Made by a program: the position numbers and the translations under genes
Shown: piece by piece, positions 9,838 to 19,780 of the stretch
Layout: every line of letters begins with the position of its first letter
Numbering within the stretch: position 1 is the stretch's first letter
Notes under the pieces: model-generated
Seen by the model: only the letters and a program-made list of their open reading frames with translations
The model's database searches: none
Told to the model about the DNA's origin: nothing
From: a virus
Taxonomy: Duplodnaviria; Caudoviricetes
Direction: 5' to 3' (one strand)
Length of the DNA: 64,000 bases
IMG/VR virus record: IMGVR_UViG_2643221939_000004
Location: 22,144-86,143 of that record

Positions 9838-10162
9838 TGTCTCTGCCGCTTTCAATTCGCGCCTGACCACCGCGGCGACGCACGAGCGCGACGTCGGTGG
9901 TGGATACGATGCCGACGGCTATGCCGTGCCAGGCACGACGCAGACGACTGCGATCCGTGCATCCATTCAGCCGCTCTCGGCCAAGGAATTCGACAACATG
10001 CCGGAGGGCCTTCGCGACGAGGCCCAGGCAAAGGTCTTCACCCGGTTCCCGCTCGAGCCCGCCGATCGCATCATCACAGGGGAGCGCTACAAGGTGCTGT
10101 CCGTGGATGATTGGCAGCCTCTCGGCGGATATAGCCGAGCCATCCTCGGGGCGCTGCGATGA
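9827..10162 (+). CDS. Head closure/neck protein
   Basis: ASIQP...PEG motif; synteny. Confidence 0.75.
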   Translation: MALDVSAAFNSRLTTAATHERDVGGGYDADGYAVPGTTQTTAIRASIQPLSAKEFDNMPEGLRDEAQAKVFTRFPLEPADRIITGERYKVLSVDDWQPLGGYSRAILGALR

Positions 10163-10650
10163 CGGAGAAGGAAGTCCGTGACGCGGTGCGCGCCTGGATC
10201 GCCAGCCTCATGGGCATCACCGTCATCCAGTCCTATCAAGGGCAGAAGGAGCCGGCTGAGCCCTACGGCGTCCTAAACCTGATGCTGGCGGACAGCGTGC
10301 GCGAGCTGCCAGCCGCCATGGAGATTACGTCGGTCGGCGCCGGCGAGAACGAGGTCTTCACCCAGACCACCGCGCACGAATGGTTCTGGCGCTTCTCCGT
10401 CAACGTCTATGGCGGGGAAGGCAAGACACTCCTACGCCAGATCAAAACGGCGCAGTTCTTCGCGAGCACGGCGGAGACGCTGCGCCCGCTGACGCTCTTC
10501 GAAACCAGCGCCATCCGCGACGCGGCCGAGATCCTCAACGAGGAATGGCGGGCCCGCGCGCAGATGGACATCGAGATCCGCGGCATCGTCCGCGACGGCG
10601 TGACAGTCGACGTGGTCGACGTGGCGCCGGTCCAGATCACCAAGGCCTGA
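10159..10650 (+). CDS. Tail terminator/neck protein
   Basis: Position just before sheath; P.EPY motif. Confidence 0.7.
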   Translation: MTEKEVRDAVRAWIASLMGITVIQSYQGQKEPAEPYGVLNLMLADSVRELPAAMEITSVGAGENEVFTQTTAHEWFWRFSVNVYGGEGKTLLRQIKTAQFFASTAETLRPLTLFETSAIRDAAEILNEEWRARAQMDIEIRGIVRDGVTVDVVDVAPVQITKA

Positions 10651-10695
10651 AGCCTATCCATCGCGGCCGGCGTGCGCGCCATACGAGAGGACGCC

Positions 10696-11859
10696 ATGAC
10701 AGTCCCCATTTCAAGATTTGTGAACGTGCAGGTCACGCGCAAGGACCGCTTCGCTGCGATCGAGGGCTTCGGCGTCGCCTTGCTCCTCCAGTCGAAAGCC
10801 GTGACCGGCTCGCTCGACGCCACGCGCCGGACGAAGGTCTATGGCGCGATCGAGGAGGTGGCAGTCGACTTCGTCCCGACCGACGCTTTCTACATCGCCG
10901 CCGAACAGGCGTTCGCGCAGCGCCCGCGTCCGCTCCAGATCAAGGCTGGCTTCGTCAGCCTCACGGCCTACACCGCTGCGGCCACGCCGACGCTGAAGAA
11001 GGCTGCGTTTAAGACCGAGCTCGACGCCATCCAGGACTTCGATGAGCAGTGGTACTGGTCCGATGTCGAGGCCACGCTCCGCGACAGCCCGGCGGCGCAA
11101 GGCCTCATCGAATGGGTGCAGGCGCGCCGCAAGATCGCGTCCATCACGTCGAACGACGCCGGCATCGAGGATCTCGCGAACACCACGAACATCGCCGCGG
11201 TGAACAAGACCAGCGGCTTCGACCGGACGCGCATCTTCTACCACACCGACGCGGCCAAATACCCCGGCTTTGCCAACGCCGCCAAGCTCGGCAGCTACAA
11301 CTTCGACGAGGAGGGCGCCGGCTACACCGCCAAGTTCAAGGCAGTCGAGGGGCTCGCCCCGCTCAACAAGCGATCCTCGGTCGTTCAGGCCATCACCGGA
11401 TTCGTGCCGGCGCTCGGGCGCAATCCGGCCGCCGGACATCTCGCGGATACCTATGTCGACACCAAGGGCATCAGCCTGGTGGTGGAAGGCGGCACGCTGA
11501 ACAAGGACGTCTTCATCGACGAGGTGCACGCCTGCGACTGGCTGGCCGCTCGGATGGAGGAGGAGGTGTTCAACGCGATGCTCGCGAACAAGCGCATCGC
11601 CATGGACAACCCCCGAGGCATGGCGATCCTCGCCGGCGCCTGTGAGGCTGTCATGGTGCGCGCAGATCGCGCCGGCATCGTCGCCCGGTATCTCGACACG
11701 AACGGCGACATTCAGCCGTCCTTCATCGTGACGCCCGGCGACGTCAACGCGATCTCCGCGGCCCAGCGCAAGCAGCGCATCGCGCCGGCCACCGACGTCA
11801 CCTTCCGCTATGCCGGCGCGGTCCATTACGCGACCGTCAACATCTCCGTGGAGTTCTAA
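10696..11859 (+). CDS. Tail sheath protein (DUF3383)
   Basis: PISRFVNV.V, T.KFK..G, FIDE....DWL, YAGAVH motifs. Confidence 0.9.
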   Translation: MTVPISRFVNVQVTRKDRFAAIEGFGVALLLQSKAVTGSLDATRRTKVYGAIEEVAVDFVPTDAFYIAAEQAFAQRPRPLQIKAGFVSLTAYTAAATPTLKKAAFKTELDAIQDFDEQWYWSDVEATLRDSPAAQGLIEWVQARRKIASITSNDAGIEDLANTTNIAAVNKTSGFDRTRIFYHTDAAKYPGFANAAKLGSYNFDEEGAGYTAKFKAVEGLAPLNKRSSVVQAITGFVPALGRNPAAGHLADTYVDTKGISLVVEGGTLNKDVFIDEVHACDWLAARMEEEVFNAMLANKRIAMDNPRGMAILAGACEAVMVRADRAGIVARYLDTNGDIQPSFIVTPGDVNAISAAQRKQRIAPATDVTFRYAGAVHYATVNISVEF

Positions 11860-11862
11860 ACG

Positions 11863-12300
11863 ATGGGCGTGTCCAACCTTCAGACCTCCTACAGCTTCGG
11901 CAATGTCACCGCGACACTGAACGGGCGCGAGGTCATCGGCCTCTGGGATGGTGACGACTGCATCACTGTCGAGGAGGGCGCCGATATCGGGTCCGGCATT
12001 GTCGGCGCCGACGGCTCCACGATCTTCTCTCAGATGGTCGATCGCTCGGCGACGATCACGCTCCGAGTCCAGCACCGCTCGCCCATCCATGCGCAGCTGG
12101 TCCGCCAGCTCGAGGCGCAGCGTGCCGGGGCTCTCGACGGCATCCCGTTCACGGTGCGCGATACCGATTCCAACGAGGGCGGCGCCTGCGATAAGGCGCT
12201 GATCCGCCAGGCGCCCGGCACCGGCATGGGCAAGCAGGCGACGGTTCGGACCTGGGTGCTCTGGACCGGAAACTACATGACCCGCGTGCCGAAGGAGTAA
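11863..12300 (+). CDS. Tail tube protein (DUF3277-like)
   Basis: TSYSF.NV, VGADG, TITL....SP motifs. Confidence 0.85.
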   Translation: MGVSNLQTSYSFGNVTATLNGREVIGLWDGDDCITVEEGADIGSGIVGADGSTIFSQMVDRSATITLRVQHRSPIHAQLVRQLEAQRAGALDGIPFTVRDTDSNEGGACDKALIRQAPGTGMGKQATVRTWVLWTGNYMTRVPKE

Positions 12301-12306
12301 GCCGAC

Positions 12307-12747
12307 ATGGCCGAGAAGAAGATTGCGGGCCGGCTGTTCCGGGTCGACCAGCCGCTTGCGACCGAGGCGCTTCAGCTTCAGTTCCGCGTCATGAACATGC
12401 TCCAGGGATCGACCGACGACCTGCGCAAGGTGTTCGGTGCGATGTCCGGCGCAGAAGATGCGGAGTCGGCAAAGAGCATCGGCGCCGGGGAATCGGCGCT
12501 GGCGACCATCGCCATCCTCAGCCGGCTTAAACCGCGCGAAGGCACACAGTTCGTGGCCGACGTCGTCGCGATGGCGAAAATCAAAGGCGAGAATGGCGCC
12601 TTCGAGCCAGCGGACGTGGATACCGAGTTCTCGACCGATCCGACCGGCCTCTACGAGCTCGTCGGATTCGTGCTGAAGACCGTGCTCGGCCCTTTTATCT
12701 CCGGCCTCGCGGGCAGTATGAGCCTCGCGATCAAGGCCGGTCGCTAA
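12307..12747 (+). CDS. Tail assembly chaperone (gpG-like)
   Basis: Between tube and TMP; slippery site near 3' end. Confidence 0.8.
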   Translation: MAEKKIAGRLFRVDQPLATEALQLQFRVMNMLQGSTDDLRKVFGAMSGAEDAESAKSIGAGESALATIAILSRLKPREGTQFVADVVAMAKIKGENGAFEPADVDTEFSTDPTGLYELVGFVLKTVLGPFISGLAGSMSLAIKAGR

Positions 12748-12938
12748 GCGAGGCGCAGGTCAAGCGGATCGCGCCAACCGTCAGCGGGAAGATGCTGCTC
12801 TACCGGCCCATCATGGCGGAGCCGCCGGCTTACACGCTGGCAGATCTGCGATCATGGGTGACGCTCGATGACGTTCTGGACGCGAACGAGATGCTCGACC
12901 TGAAGGCGGCCATGGCGGAGAAGGCGAGGGAGAAGTAA
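12696..12938 (+). CDS. -1 frameshift extension of tail chaperone (gpGT-like)
   Basis: C CCT TTT heptamer at 12690-12696; -1 frame is open to TAA at 12938 (…YTLADLRSWVTLDDVLDANEMLDLKAAM…). Confidence 0.8.
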   Translation, partial: YLRPRGQYEPRDQGRSLSEAQVKRIAPTVSGKMLLYRPIMAEPPAYTLADLRSWVTLDDVLDANEMLDLKAAMAEKAREK

Positions 12939-12966
12939 GAAGGGCGCCACACCTGAGACGGAGCAT

Positions 12967-13356
12967 GTGATGATCGCTCGGATTGCAGCTACAGTTCTGA
13001 TGCTCGCGGTTGGCGCGGTGACGCCGGTTACCGCAGCGCCTGTGAAGACGATTCCAAGCTTGGACTTCATGGTCGAAGCGCCGAAGTTAATCGGACAACG
13101 GGTCAGGATCGAAAACCAGCGGGTTGACGGCCTCAGCTTTCAGGGCGGGTTCCTTCGGCTTTCTGGTGGATCGGCGCTCTTGCAAGGCCCCTGGTCCGAT
13201 CGCGAGGACTTCCGGCGGCTGATTCCGGCGTGCGAAAAACAGTGGTTCGACAAGCCAGAAGACGAGGCCGCTTGCGTCGTAACCATCGAGGGCACGGTGA
13301 AAGCGCCTAGCGGCGATTACCCGGTCCTGACGGACGTCGACTTCATCTTTCCCTGA
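12967..13356 (+). CDS. Secreted/periplasmic moron protein
   Basis: Signal peptide (MIARIAATVLMLAVGAVTPVTA-A); followed by a terminator. Confidence 0.7.
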   Translation: MMIARIAATVLMLAVGAVTPVTAAPVKTIPSLDFMVEAPKLIGQRVRIENQRVDGLSFQGGFLRLSGGSALLQGPWSDREDFRRLIPACEKQWFDKPEDEAACVVTIEGTVKAPSGDYPVLTDVDFIFP

Positions 13357-13383
13357 GAGCGGCATCAAGGCGCTCGTGACGAA

Positions 13384-13416
13384 GGCCGACGGGGCTCCCC
13401 GCCGGCCCTTTTGTTT
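13384..13416 (+). terminator. Intrinsic terminator
   Basis: GGCCG..CGGGG/CCCCG..CGGCC stem plus T-tract. Confidence 0.6.
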
Positions 13417-13427
13417 GGAGCGTTTGC

Positions 13428-15344
13428 ATGATCGTCGACGAGCTGATTGCCGTCCTCGGCTTCGACCTGAAGGGCGAGGGCGACCTCAAACGCTTTAAGA
13501 ACGAGCTCGACGGCGCGGAGAAGCAGGCGAACAACTTCGCCGCAGCCTTCACGAAGATTGGGCTTGCCGTCTCAGGCGTTTTCGCTGGCCTCGCCGTTGG
13601 CAATCAGATCGGCAACTTCGTCGCTAGCATCACGCGAACCTCTGCGGAGTTCGAGAAGTATCAGGCTACCCTCGAGACGCTTGAGGGCAGCACGGAGAAG
13701 GCAAAGGCCTCCCTAGATTGGGTGACAGAGTTCGGCCGCACAACACCCTACGAGGTCGCAGAGGTCACAGAGGCGTTCGTCCGCCTGAAGTCGTACGGCA
13801 TCGACCCAATGGACGGGTCCTTGAAGAGCGTCGGCAATGCATCGTCGGCCATGGGCAAAAGCCTCATGTCGGGCGTTGAGGCGCTGGCAGACGCTGCGAC
13901 CGGCGAATTCGAGCGTCTGAAGGAGTTCGGCGTTCGGGCGTCCACCGAAAAGGACAAAGTGACCTTCGCGTGGACGGAGGGCGGCAAGACGGTGGAGAAG
14001 ACCGTCGCCAAGCAGGGCGACGCCATCACGAGCTTCCTGCGGCAGAACTTCGCGCGCTTCAACGGCGCGATGGACAAGCAGTCGAAGACTTGGGACGGCA
14101 TGGTCTCGAACCTATCCGATTCATGGACCGGGTTCCTTCGCCAGATCGGCGAGGCCGGCTACTATGACGACATCAAGCGCCGTCTGAGCAGCGTTCTTGA
14201 TACAGTCGATGGCTGGTCGAGCTCTGGGGCTCTGAACCGCGTCGCCGAAGTGATTTCCAACGGCCTTGTCGGCGCGATGAACACGGCCACGCACCTCGCG
14301 ACGCAAGCCTACCGGATCGGTCGCGGCTTCTACTATGCTGCCGACGGCGTCATCAGTCTCTCCAGCCGCATGACCGGACTGTCCAAGACGGCCACCGCTT
14401 TTGGTATGGGCGCCGGCCTGATCGCCTCGACGGCGATGGGGCGGAGCGCCATCATGGCGATTGCGAAGCGCGTCCCGATGGTCGCGGCGTTCCTTGTCCT
14501 CGACGATCTGATGTCCGGCCTCGCTGGTGATGACAGCGTTATCGGCAGCCTGGAGGGCGGGGAGGCCGCGCTTGAGCGCGTCCGCCAGTCGTTTGTTGAT
14601 GCCTATGCCGCGGCCGAGGGGCTGGCGGACGCCATCAATGGCATCTTCAACGTCTCAGCCTTGGCAGGCGAATCGCAGATTGATGCCCTCGTTCGGGGTA
14701 TGAAGGAGTTCGCCTCCACCGAGGCGGTTCGGTTCATCAACGAGATGGCCGACGCTCTTCGCCAAGTCGGCGAGATCCTGACGTTCGTCTCTGGTGTTCT
14801 CAAGAACCCCGAAGGGGCGTTCAAGGCCTTCGCCGATGGGGTGATTGCGCAGATTGATCGCATCATCGCAGCGATCGACGAGAAGCTCGGTGGTGCGCTG
14901 ACGAGGTTCGGTTTCATCGGAGCCCCTTCCGTCGCTCAGCCGAACAAGACGCCGATCACCAGCACTGGGAAGACCACCAGAGCTGCAACGCCCCGCATCG
15001 CTTTCACTCCGATGGCTGAACTTGAGCAAGACGGGCGCGTCAATGCTGAAGGGATCGGACAGCAGTTCGGTGTGGACCCTGACAGGTTAGCAAGTGGGTC
15101 CGAGATAGTGATGAAAGCCGTTCTTGACATCACCAGCTATCTGAACCCAGCGAACATCGCGAAGGCTGCCATGAGCGATTTACAGGCTGGCATCACAGCA
15201 CGAGCCGATCTCGACATCTCCGCCTTCATGGCGAACGTTTCCACGGCCAAACAAGCGCTCGCCGGCCTCTCCTCCGCCGGCGCCACCGTTGGCCGTGCAG
15301 CGGTGCAGGATCGCGCCGCCGTCGTCGCATCTCCGGGGGGCTGA
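13428..15344 (+). CDS. Tape measure protein
   Basis: MIVDELIAVLGF start; tape-measure motif (F...TPYEV.EV..AF..L..YG...EA.ADA.TGEFERLKEFG). Confidence 0.9.
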   Translation: MIVDELIAVLGFDLKGEGDLKRFKNELDGAEKQANNFAAAFTKIGLAVSGVFAGLAVGNQIGNFVASITRTSAEFEKYQATLETLEGSTEKAKASLDWVTEFGRTTPYEVAEVTEAFVRLKSYGIDPMDGSLKSVGNASSAMGKSLMSGVEALADAATGEFERLKEFGVRASTEKDKVTFAWTEGGKTVEKTVAKQGDAITSFLRQNFARFNGAMDKQSKTWDGMVSNLSDSWTGFLRQIGEAGYYDDIKRRLSSVLDTVDGWSSSGALNRVAEVISNGLVGAMNTATHLATQAYRIGRGFYYAADGVISLSSRMTGLSKTATAFGMGAGLIASTAMGRSAIMAIAKRVPMVAAFLVLDDLMSGLAGDDSVIGSLEGGEAALERVRQSFVDAYAAAEGLADAINGIFNVSALAGESQIDALVRGMKEFASTEAVRFINEMADALRQVGEILTFVSGVLKNPEGAFKAFADGVIAQIDRIIAAIDEKLGGALTRFGFIGAPSVAQPNKTPITSTGKTTRAATPRIAFTPMAELEQDGRVNAEGIGQQFGVDPDRLASGSEIVMKAVLDITSYLNPANIAKAAMSDLQAGITARADLDISAFMANVSTAKQALAGLSSAGATVGRAAVQDRAAVVASPGG

Positions 15345-15943
15345 TGACCGCGATTCTTTTCTCACGCGCCATCGGCCCCGTGCCCATTCCCGTCGTCGTC
15401 AGCGAGGCGCCGGAAAGCACGCTCTCCATCACGGAGATCCCTATCGAGGACGGTTCGGTCATCACCGACCATGCCCATTCCGAGCCGTTTCGGATCACGC
15501 TGGAGATCGCGACGCCGACGCTCGCGGCCACCTATGCCGCTCTGGTCGCCTGGCAGAAGGCGCGGGTGCCGTTCACCTACGTCTCCGGGTTCGCCAAGCA
15601 CGACAACCTCCTGATCCGGCGCATCGCGGCCGAGCGCGACGTGCGCGTCTCGGACATCTTCAGCGGTCGGATTGAGTTGCAGGAGGTGAAGATCGTCTCC
15701 TCGGCCACGGCGCCGGGGGACAGTGCGGACGCGGGGCAAAACGGCGGCAACGCCGATGCTCGAGGCGGAAAGAAGCAGCCCGGCGGGAAAGACAGTCGTC
15801 GGGCTGCAACACCCTCCGCTTCGCGCGCTTCGGACGCGGCAACCAAGAACCGGGCGGCTGGCACCGTCACGCGCGGCGATGCTCGGACCAACCCCGTCGA
15901 GCCGGCGCGTGGTCAATCCCTCCTGAAGCAGTTCCTTGGATGA
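15344..15943 (+). CDS. Baseplate Dit-like protein
   Basis: ITE.PIEDGS.ITDH motif. Confidence 0.8.
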   Translation: MTAILFSRAIGPVPIPVVVSEAPESTLSITEIPIEDGSVITDHAHSEPFRITLEIATPTLAATYAALVAWQKARVPFTYVSGFAKHDNLLIRRIAAERDVRVSDIFSGRIELQEVKIVSSATAPGDSADAGQNGGNADARGGKKQPGGKDSRRAATPSASRASDAATKNRAAGTVTRGDARTNPVEPARGQSLLKQFLG

Positions 15944-16251
15944 TCGAGATCCCTGTCATCGACGCGCCGGACCAGGAACTGTCCGTCGTCCTGTCGGATC
16001 GGCGCTGCACCTTCCGGCTTCGCTACAACCAGACATCCGATCGCTGGGCTTTCGATCTGGCGCTGGATGACCAGCCAGTGCTCTGCGGCCGGCGAATCGT
16101 GGTTGGCCGCGACCTTTTCGAGGGGCTTGGCCTCGGACTCGGCATCCTCTTCGCGCTCGGCGGAGACGACCCAGGCCGCGATGCTTTCACGACCGGCAGC
16201 GTCCGGCTCTACCACGCGGGTCTCGCCGATGTCGCAGTTCTATCTCCGTAA
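15940..16251 (+). CDS. Baseplate plug protein
   Basis: F.LRYN..SDRW.FD motif; synteny. Confidence 0.75.
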   Translation: MIEIPVIDAPDQELSVVLSDRRCTFRLRYNQTSDRWAFDLALDDQPVLCGRRIVVGRDLFEGLGLGLGILFALGGDDPGRDAFTTGSVRLYHAGLADVAVLSP

Positions 16252-17116
16252 GGTCCGAGTGATCCTAAAGGGCTCTGCCGGCTCGAAGGTCATCAACCCT
16301 GGCGACAGCACCGACGATCAGCTGCAGATTGAGTTCAGCGTCTCCAAAACGATGTCCTCGACGCAGAACACCGCATCCATCGACATCTGGAACCTCGCAG
16401 AGGCCACCCGCAACGCGATGGGCAAGGAGTTCGACCGGATCGAACTGGAGGCTGGCTACATCTCACCGGACGACGTCTCGACGGTGGGCACGATCTTCAT
16501 CGGTGAGCTGCGGGACGTAGAGCACACGCGAGAGCGCGACGACATCATCACCCATTTCGAGTGCGGCGATGGAGACGCGGCGGTTCGGCGGGCGACGATC
16601 TCAAAGACCTATCGTGCCGGCACTCCGGTCAAGGAGGTGGTCGAAGGCCTACGCGCGGAGTTCGAAAAGCAGGGCGTCACACGCGGCGAACTGAAGGGTC
16701 TGGACGACCTGCCGCCGTTCAAGCGGCCTTATTCAATGTGCGGGTCATGCTCACGCGAGATGGATCGTCTCAGCCGGCAGCATGGGTTCCAGTGGAGCCT
16801 CCAGAACGAGACCTTCGAGACGGTGCCGGCGGACGGGCACGTCGGCGGCATGGTGCTCCTGACGCCGGACACGGGGCTCATCGGCGTCCCGACCATCACC
16901 GACAAGGGCGTTAAGGTCGGTGCACTCCTGAACCCCCAGATCCGCCCCGGCCGGCGCGTTCGGATTGAAAGCCATGTGCTGGAGATGAATAGCGAGGGCG
17001 GCGTCTACCGGGTCGCCTCCGTCACCTTCAGCGGCAACAATCGGAGCGGCGACTTCAAGGCGTCGATCGAGGGCGAGAAGATCGCGTCAGGCAAGGTAGA
17101 CAAGGGCGTGAAATGA
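16229..17116 (+). CDS. Baseplate hub protein
   Basis: I.IWNL, LEAGY, CGDGD, TGLIG.P, LLNP.I.PG motifs. Confidence 0.85.
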   Translation: MSQFYLRKVRVILKGSAGSKVINPGDSTDDQLQIEFSVSKTMSSTQNTASIDIWNLAEATRNAMGKEFDRIELEAGYISPDDVSTVGTIFIGELRDVEHTRERDDIITHFECGDGDAAVRRATISKTYRAGTPVKEVVEGLRAEFEKQGVTRGELKGLDDLPPFKRPYSMCGSCSREMDRLSRQHGFQWSLQNETFETVPADGHVGGMVLLTPDTGLIGVPTITDKGVKVGALLNPQIRPGRRVRIESHVLEMNSEGGVYRVASVTFSGNNRSGDFKASIEGEKIASGKVDKGVK

Positions 17117-17787
17117 GCGGCCACGGCTACATCGGCGGGACCAACCGCCTTGCGGGCGACGCAATCGATACGCGGGTCGGCAACGAGCGCGAGGACCAGT
17201 GGGGCGAGATGCCCGCCCGCATCGTGTCGTTCAATCCGTCCAAGCAGACCGCGACCATCCAGCCGCTCCTCATGAAGCGACTGAACGGTGTGCCAACGTC
17301 TCTGCCAGAACTGCATGACGTGCCTGTGCGCTTCACGCGGGCCGGCGGTGGCTCTGTCACGTATCCGATCGCGGCTGGCGACAAGGTCACCCTGCGCCCG
17401 CAGATGCGGTCCAGTGAGGCCTTCCACTCGGACGGCGGGGATGATGGCTATGCGGCCTCCGACGGCCGGTCCTTCAACCTCTCCGACATGGAAGCCTTCC
17501 TCGACGGCGGGGAGAGCCTGACTGACCCCATCCCGAACTTCGATCCGAGGAATCTGCATATCCGGGCCAACGCCAGCGGCTCCTTCGGCATGAAGATGAG
17601 CCAGGACGGCAAGGTCGCGATCGAGGGTGCCGAGGGCAACGTCTACGACATCCTCGCACAGGTGGTCGAGATCCTCGGGGTGCTCACGACGACGGTCAGC
17701 GGCGGGTCTTCTGCCGGGATCTGGCCCATCACACAGCAACCCGAACTTGCCGCGCTGGCGGCCAAGCTGCGAGCCATGGCGCTATGA
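17113..17787 (+). CDS. Baseplate spike (Gp138-like)
   Basis: PARIVSF, A.IQP, LPEL.DVPV.F...GG, R.F.LSD motifs. Confidence 0.85.
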   Translation: MSGHGYIGGTNRLAGDAIDTRVGNEREDQWGEMPARIVSFNPSKQTATIQPLLMKRLNGVPTSLPELHDVPVRFTRAGGGSVTYPIAAGDKVTLRPQMRSSEAFHSDGGDDGYAASDGRSFNLSDMEAFLDGGESLTDPIPNFDPRNLHIRANASGSFGMKMSQDGKVAIEGAEGNVYDILAQVVEILGVLTTTVSGGSSAGIWPITQQPELAALAAKLRAMAL

Positions 17788-18158
17788 CGATCCGCCGCCT
17801 AGCCCCAGCGCTTCGTTCGAACGGGCAGGGCATCCCCGATCTCGCTCTGGCCGCCGATGGCAACCTTGCCATGGTGGCCGATGCCGAGGCCGTAGGGCAG
17901 CACGCCGCGCAGCGACTTCAGACCTTCGAAAGCGAGTGGTTTCTCGACACGACGGCCGGCGTGCCTTGGCTGGAGCGCATCATGGGGCGGAAGGTCGATC
18001 TGCCGCTCGCTGAGAGCGTGATGAAGGCCGAGATCATGGACACCAACGGCGTGACCGGGATCGAAGCCTTCGACCTGCGCTTCGACCGAAAGCCGCGCCG
18101 GCTGAACCTCGTGCGCGCTGATGTCGGAACCGAGTACGACGAAGAGGTGTCCTTGTGA
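17784..18158 (+). CDS. Baseplate wedge (gp25/W-like)
   Basis: RL.TF..EWFLDT..GVPW motif. Confidence 0.85.
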   Translation: MTIRRLAPALRSNGQGIPDLALAADGNLAMVADAEAVGQHAAQRLQTFESEWFLDTTAGVPWLERIMGRKVDLPLAESVMKAEIMDTNGVTGIEAFDLRFDRKPRRLNLVRADVGTEYDEEVSL

Positions 18159-19051
18159 GCTATGGCGTCACGCCTGCCGGCTTTGTTCGCCCGACCATGG
18201 CCGAGATCCTCGACGCGATCGAGCAGTCCAACGTCGCCATCTTTGGCTCCGGCCTGATCCAAACTGCGGCCTCACCGATGGGGCAGTGGAACGGGCTGCG
18301 TGCCGAGCAGATCATGATGAGCTGGGAGAGGACCGAGGAGGTCTACCAGTCCTACGACCCGCGCCAGGCCGAGGGCGTGCCGCTCGACCGGCTGGCCGCG
18401 CTCCGGCTGCTCGCCCGGCAGCCCGGCGAGACCGACGCATCGCTGTCGCTCGCCATCACGAACGCTGGCGTGGCGAACACGCGCGATGCCGACTTCTATC
18501 GTTCCGTCCTGAATGTCTCTGGCGTGACCTGGGCGCGCATCTACGTCAACGACGCGGACGAGGAGGACGACAATGGCATGTCGCCCCACAGCGTCTCGCT
18601 GGCGGCGATCGGCGGGGATGACGAGGCGTTGGCGCTCGTCGCGCGCCGCTACATCGTGCCGGGCATCACGTCGTTCGGGAATACGCGCGTGGAGACCGAG
18701 ATCGACGGCTACTGCCGATCCATCATGATCCACCGTCCGGTTGAGGTGCCGACCAAGTTAGAGCTCGACATTCGAAAATGGGCCGATGCCGGCGGGTGCC
18801 CGCCCGATCCGACAAGTGCCATCGCCGCGACGCTTGTCGCAAACCTGTCCGATGCGAACCGGCCTCGCAACGGCGTCACCCTGACGAAGCACATTATGAG
18901 CCAAGCGCTCTGCGACAAGCCGAACGTTGAAGTGGTCGCGGGGCGCGGCGCGAAGAACGCGGGCACCGTGGCGGCACTCCCGCTGGCCTTCGGCTTCAAC
19001 GAAATACCGCTTATCACTCTTGCGAACGTGACGCTCCATGTCGTCGACTGA
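18155..19051 (+). CDS. Baseplate J/gp47-like protein
   Basis: YGVT..GF..P, AEG..LD, N.....D.NG..PHS motifs. Confidence 0.85.
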   Translation: MSYGVTPAGFVRPTMAEILDAIEQSNVAIFGSGLIQTAASPMGQWNGLRAEQIMMSWERTEEVYQSYDPRQAEGVPLDRLAALRLLARQPGETDASLSLAITNAGVANTRDADFYRSVLNVSGVTWARIYVNDADEEDDNGMSPHSVSLAAIGGDDEALALVARRYIVPGITSFGNTRVETEIDGYCRSIMIHRPVEVPTKLELDIRKWADAGGCPPDPTSAIAATLVANLSDANRPRNGVTLTKHIMSQALCDKPNVEVVAGRGAKNAGTVAALPLAFGFNEIPLITLANVTLHVVD

Positions 19052-19754
19052 TTGTCCTGATCGCGAGGCGCTCGTTCAGGCGACGATGGATCGCGTCATC
19101 ACGCAATATCGGGAGAGCGACAATCTCCTCGGCGTGATCCGCTACGACGTCGGGGCCATTGCAGATGCGCATCTCGCGGCATGTAAGATCCCGTCTGCCT
19201 TTGATCTCGACACAGCCGCTGGCGAGCAGTTGACCTTCATAGGCGAGCGGCTCGGCTGGCCGCGGTGCCATTGCGTCTGCGTCACTCCACCGGTCTTCGG
19301 TTTCTCCTGCGGTACGGCGAACCCGAACCACATCGTGCTTGGCTTCTGCAAGGATGTCGTCTGGGCTGACTGCCAGGCCGGCGGGACAGGCGATCTCTGC
19401 CTTGCCGATGACGAGGTCTACCGCGGCTATGTCCGCGCCCGCCGCTTTCAGGTTCTCCAGCACTACAGCATCGACGACCTTCAAGCCGCCGCACGGTTCA
19501 TCTGGGGGCCATCGGCCTTCGCTGTCTCAATGGGGCGGGGCAAGGCCTGCGCTGCGCCTGGACGCGCTCTGACGAGCCGCGAGGAGCAGGAGCTGCCGCT
19601 GGCGTTCCGCGTTCTGCCGTTCGCGCCGGGCATCGCTCGCTTTGTCCACCGCGGCGTCGCCAATTCTTTCGGCTTTGGCTCCGGCTGGGGCGGCTTTTGC
19701 GACGGCAGCGAATGGTTCTGCCCGACCTTCATTGATCCGCTGGCCTGCGCCTGA
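19038..19754 (+). CDS. Baseplate protein (DUF2612-like)
   Basis: ITQYRES.NL, FDLDTA.GEQL..IG...G motifs. Confidence 0.8.
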   Translation: MSSTDCPDREALVQATMDRVITQYRESDNLLGVIRYDVGAIADAHLAACKIPSAFDLDTAAGEQLTFIGERLGWPRCHCVCVTPPVFGFSCGTANPNHIVLGFCKDVVWADCQAGGTGDLCLADDEVYRGYVRARRFQVLQHYSIDDLQAAARFIWGPSAFAVSMGRGKACAAPGRALTSREEQELPLAFRVLPFAPGIARFVHRGVANSFGFGSGWGGFCDGSEWFCPTFIDPLACA

Positions 19755-19780
19755 CGGTCTGATCCTGCAGGAGGTACATT

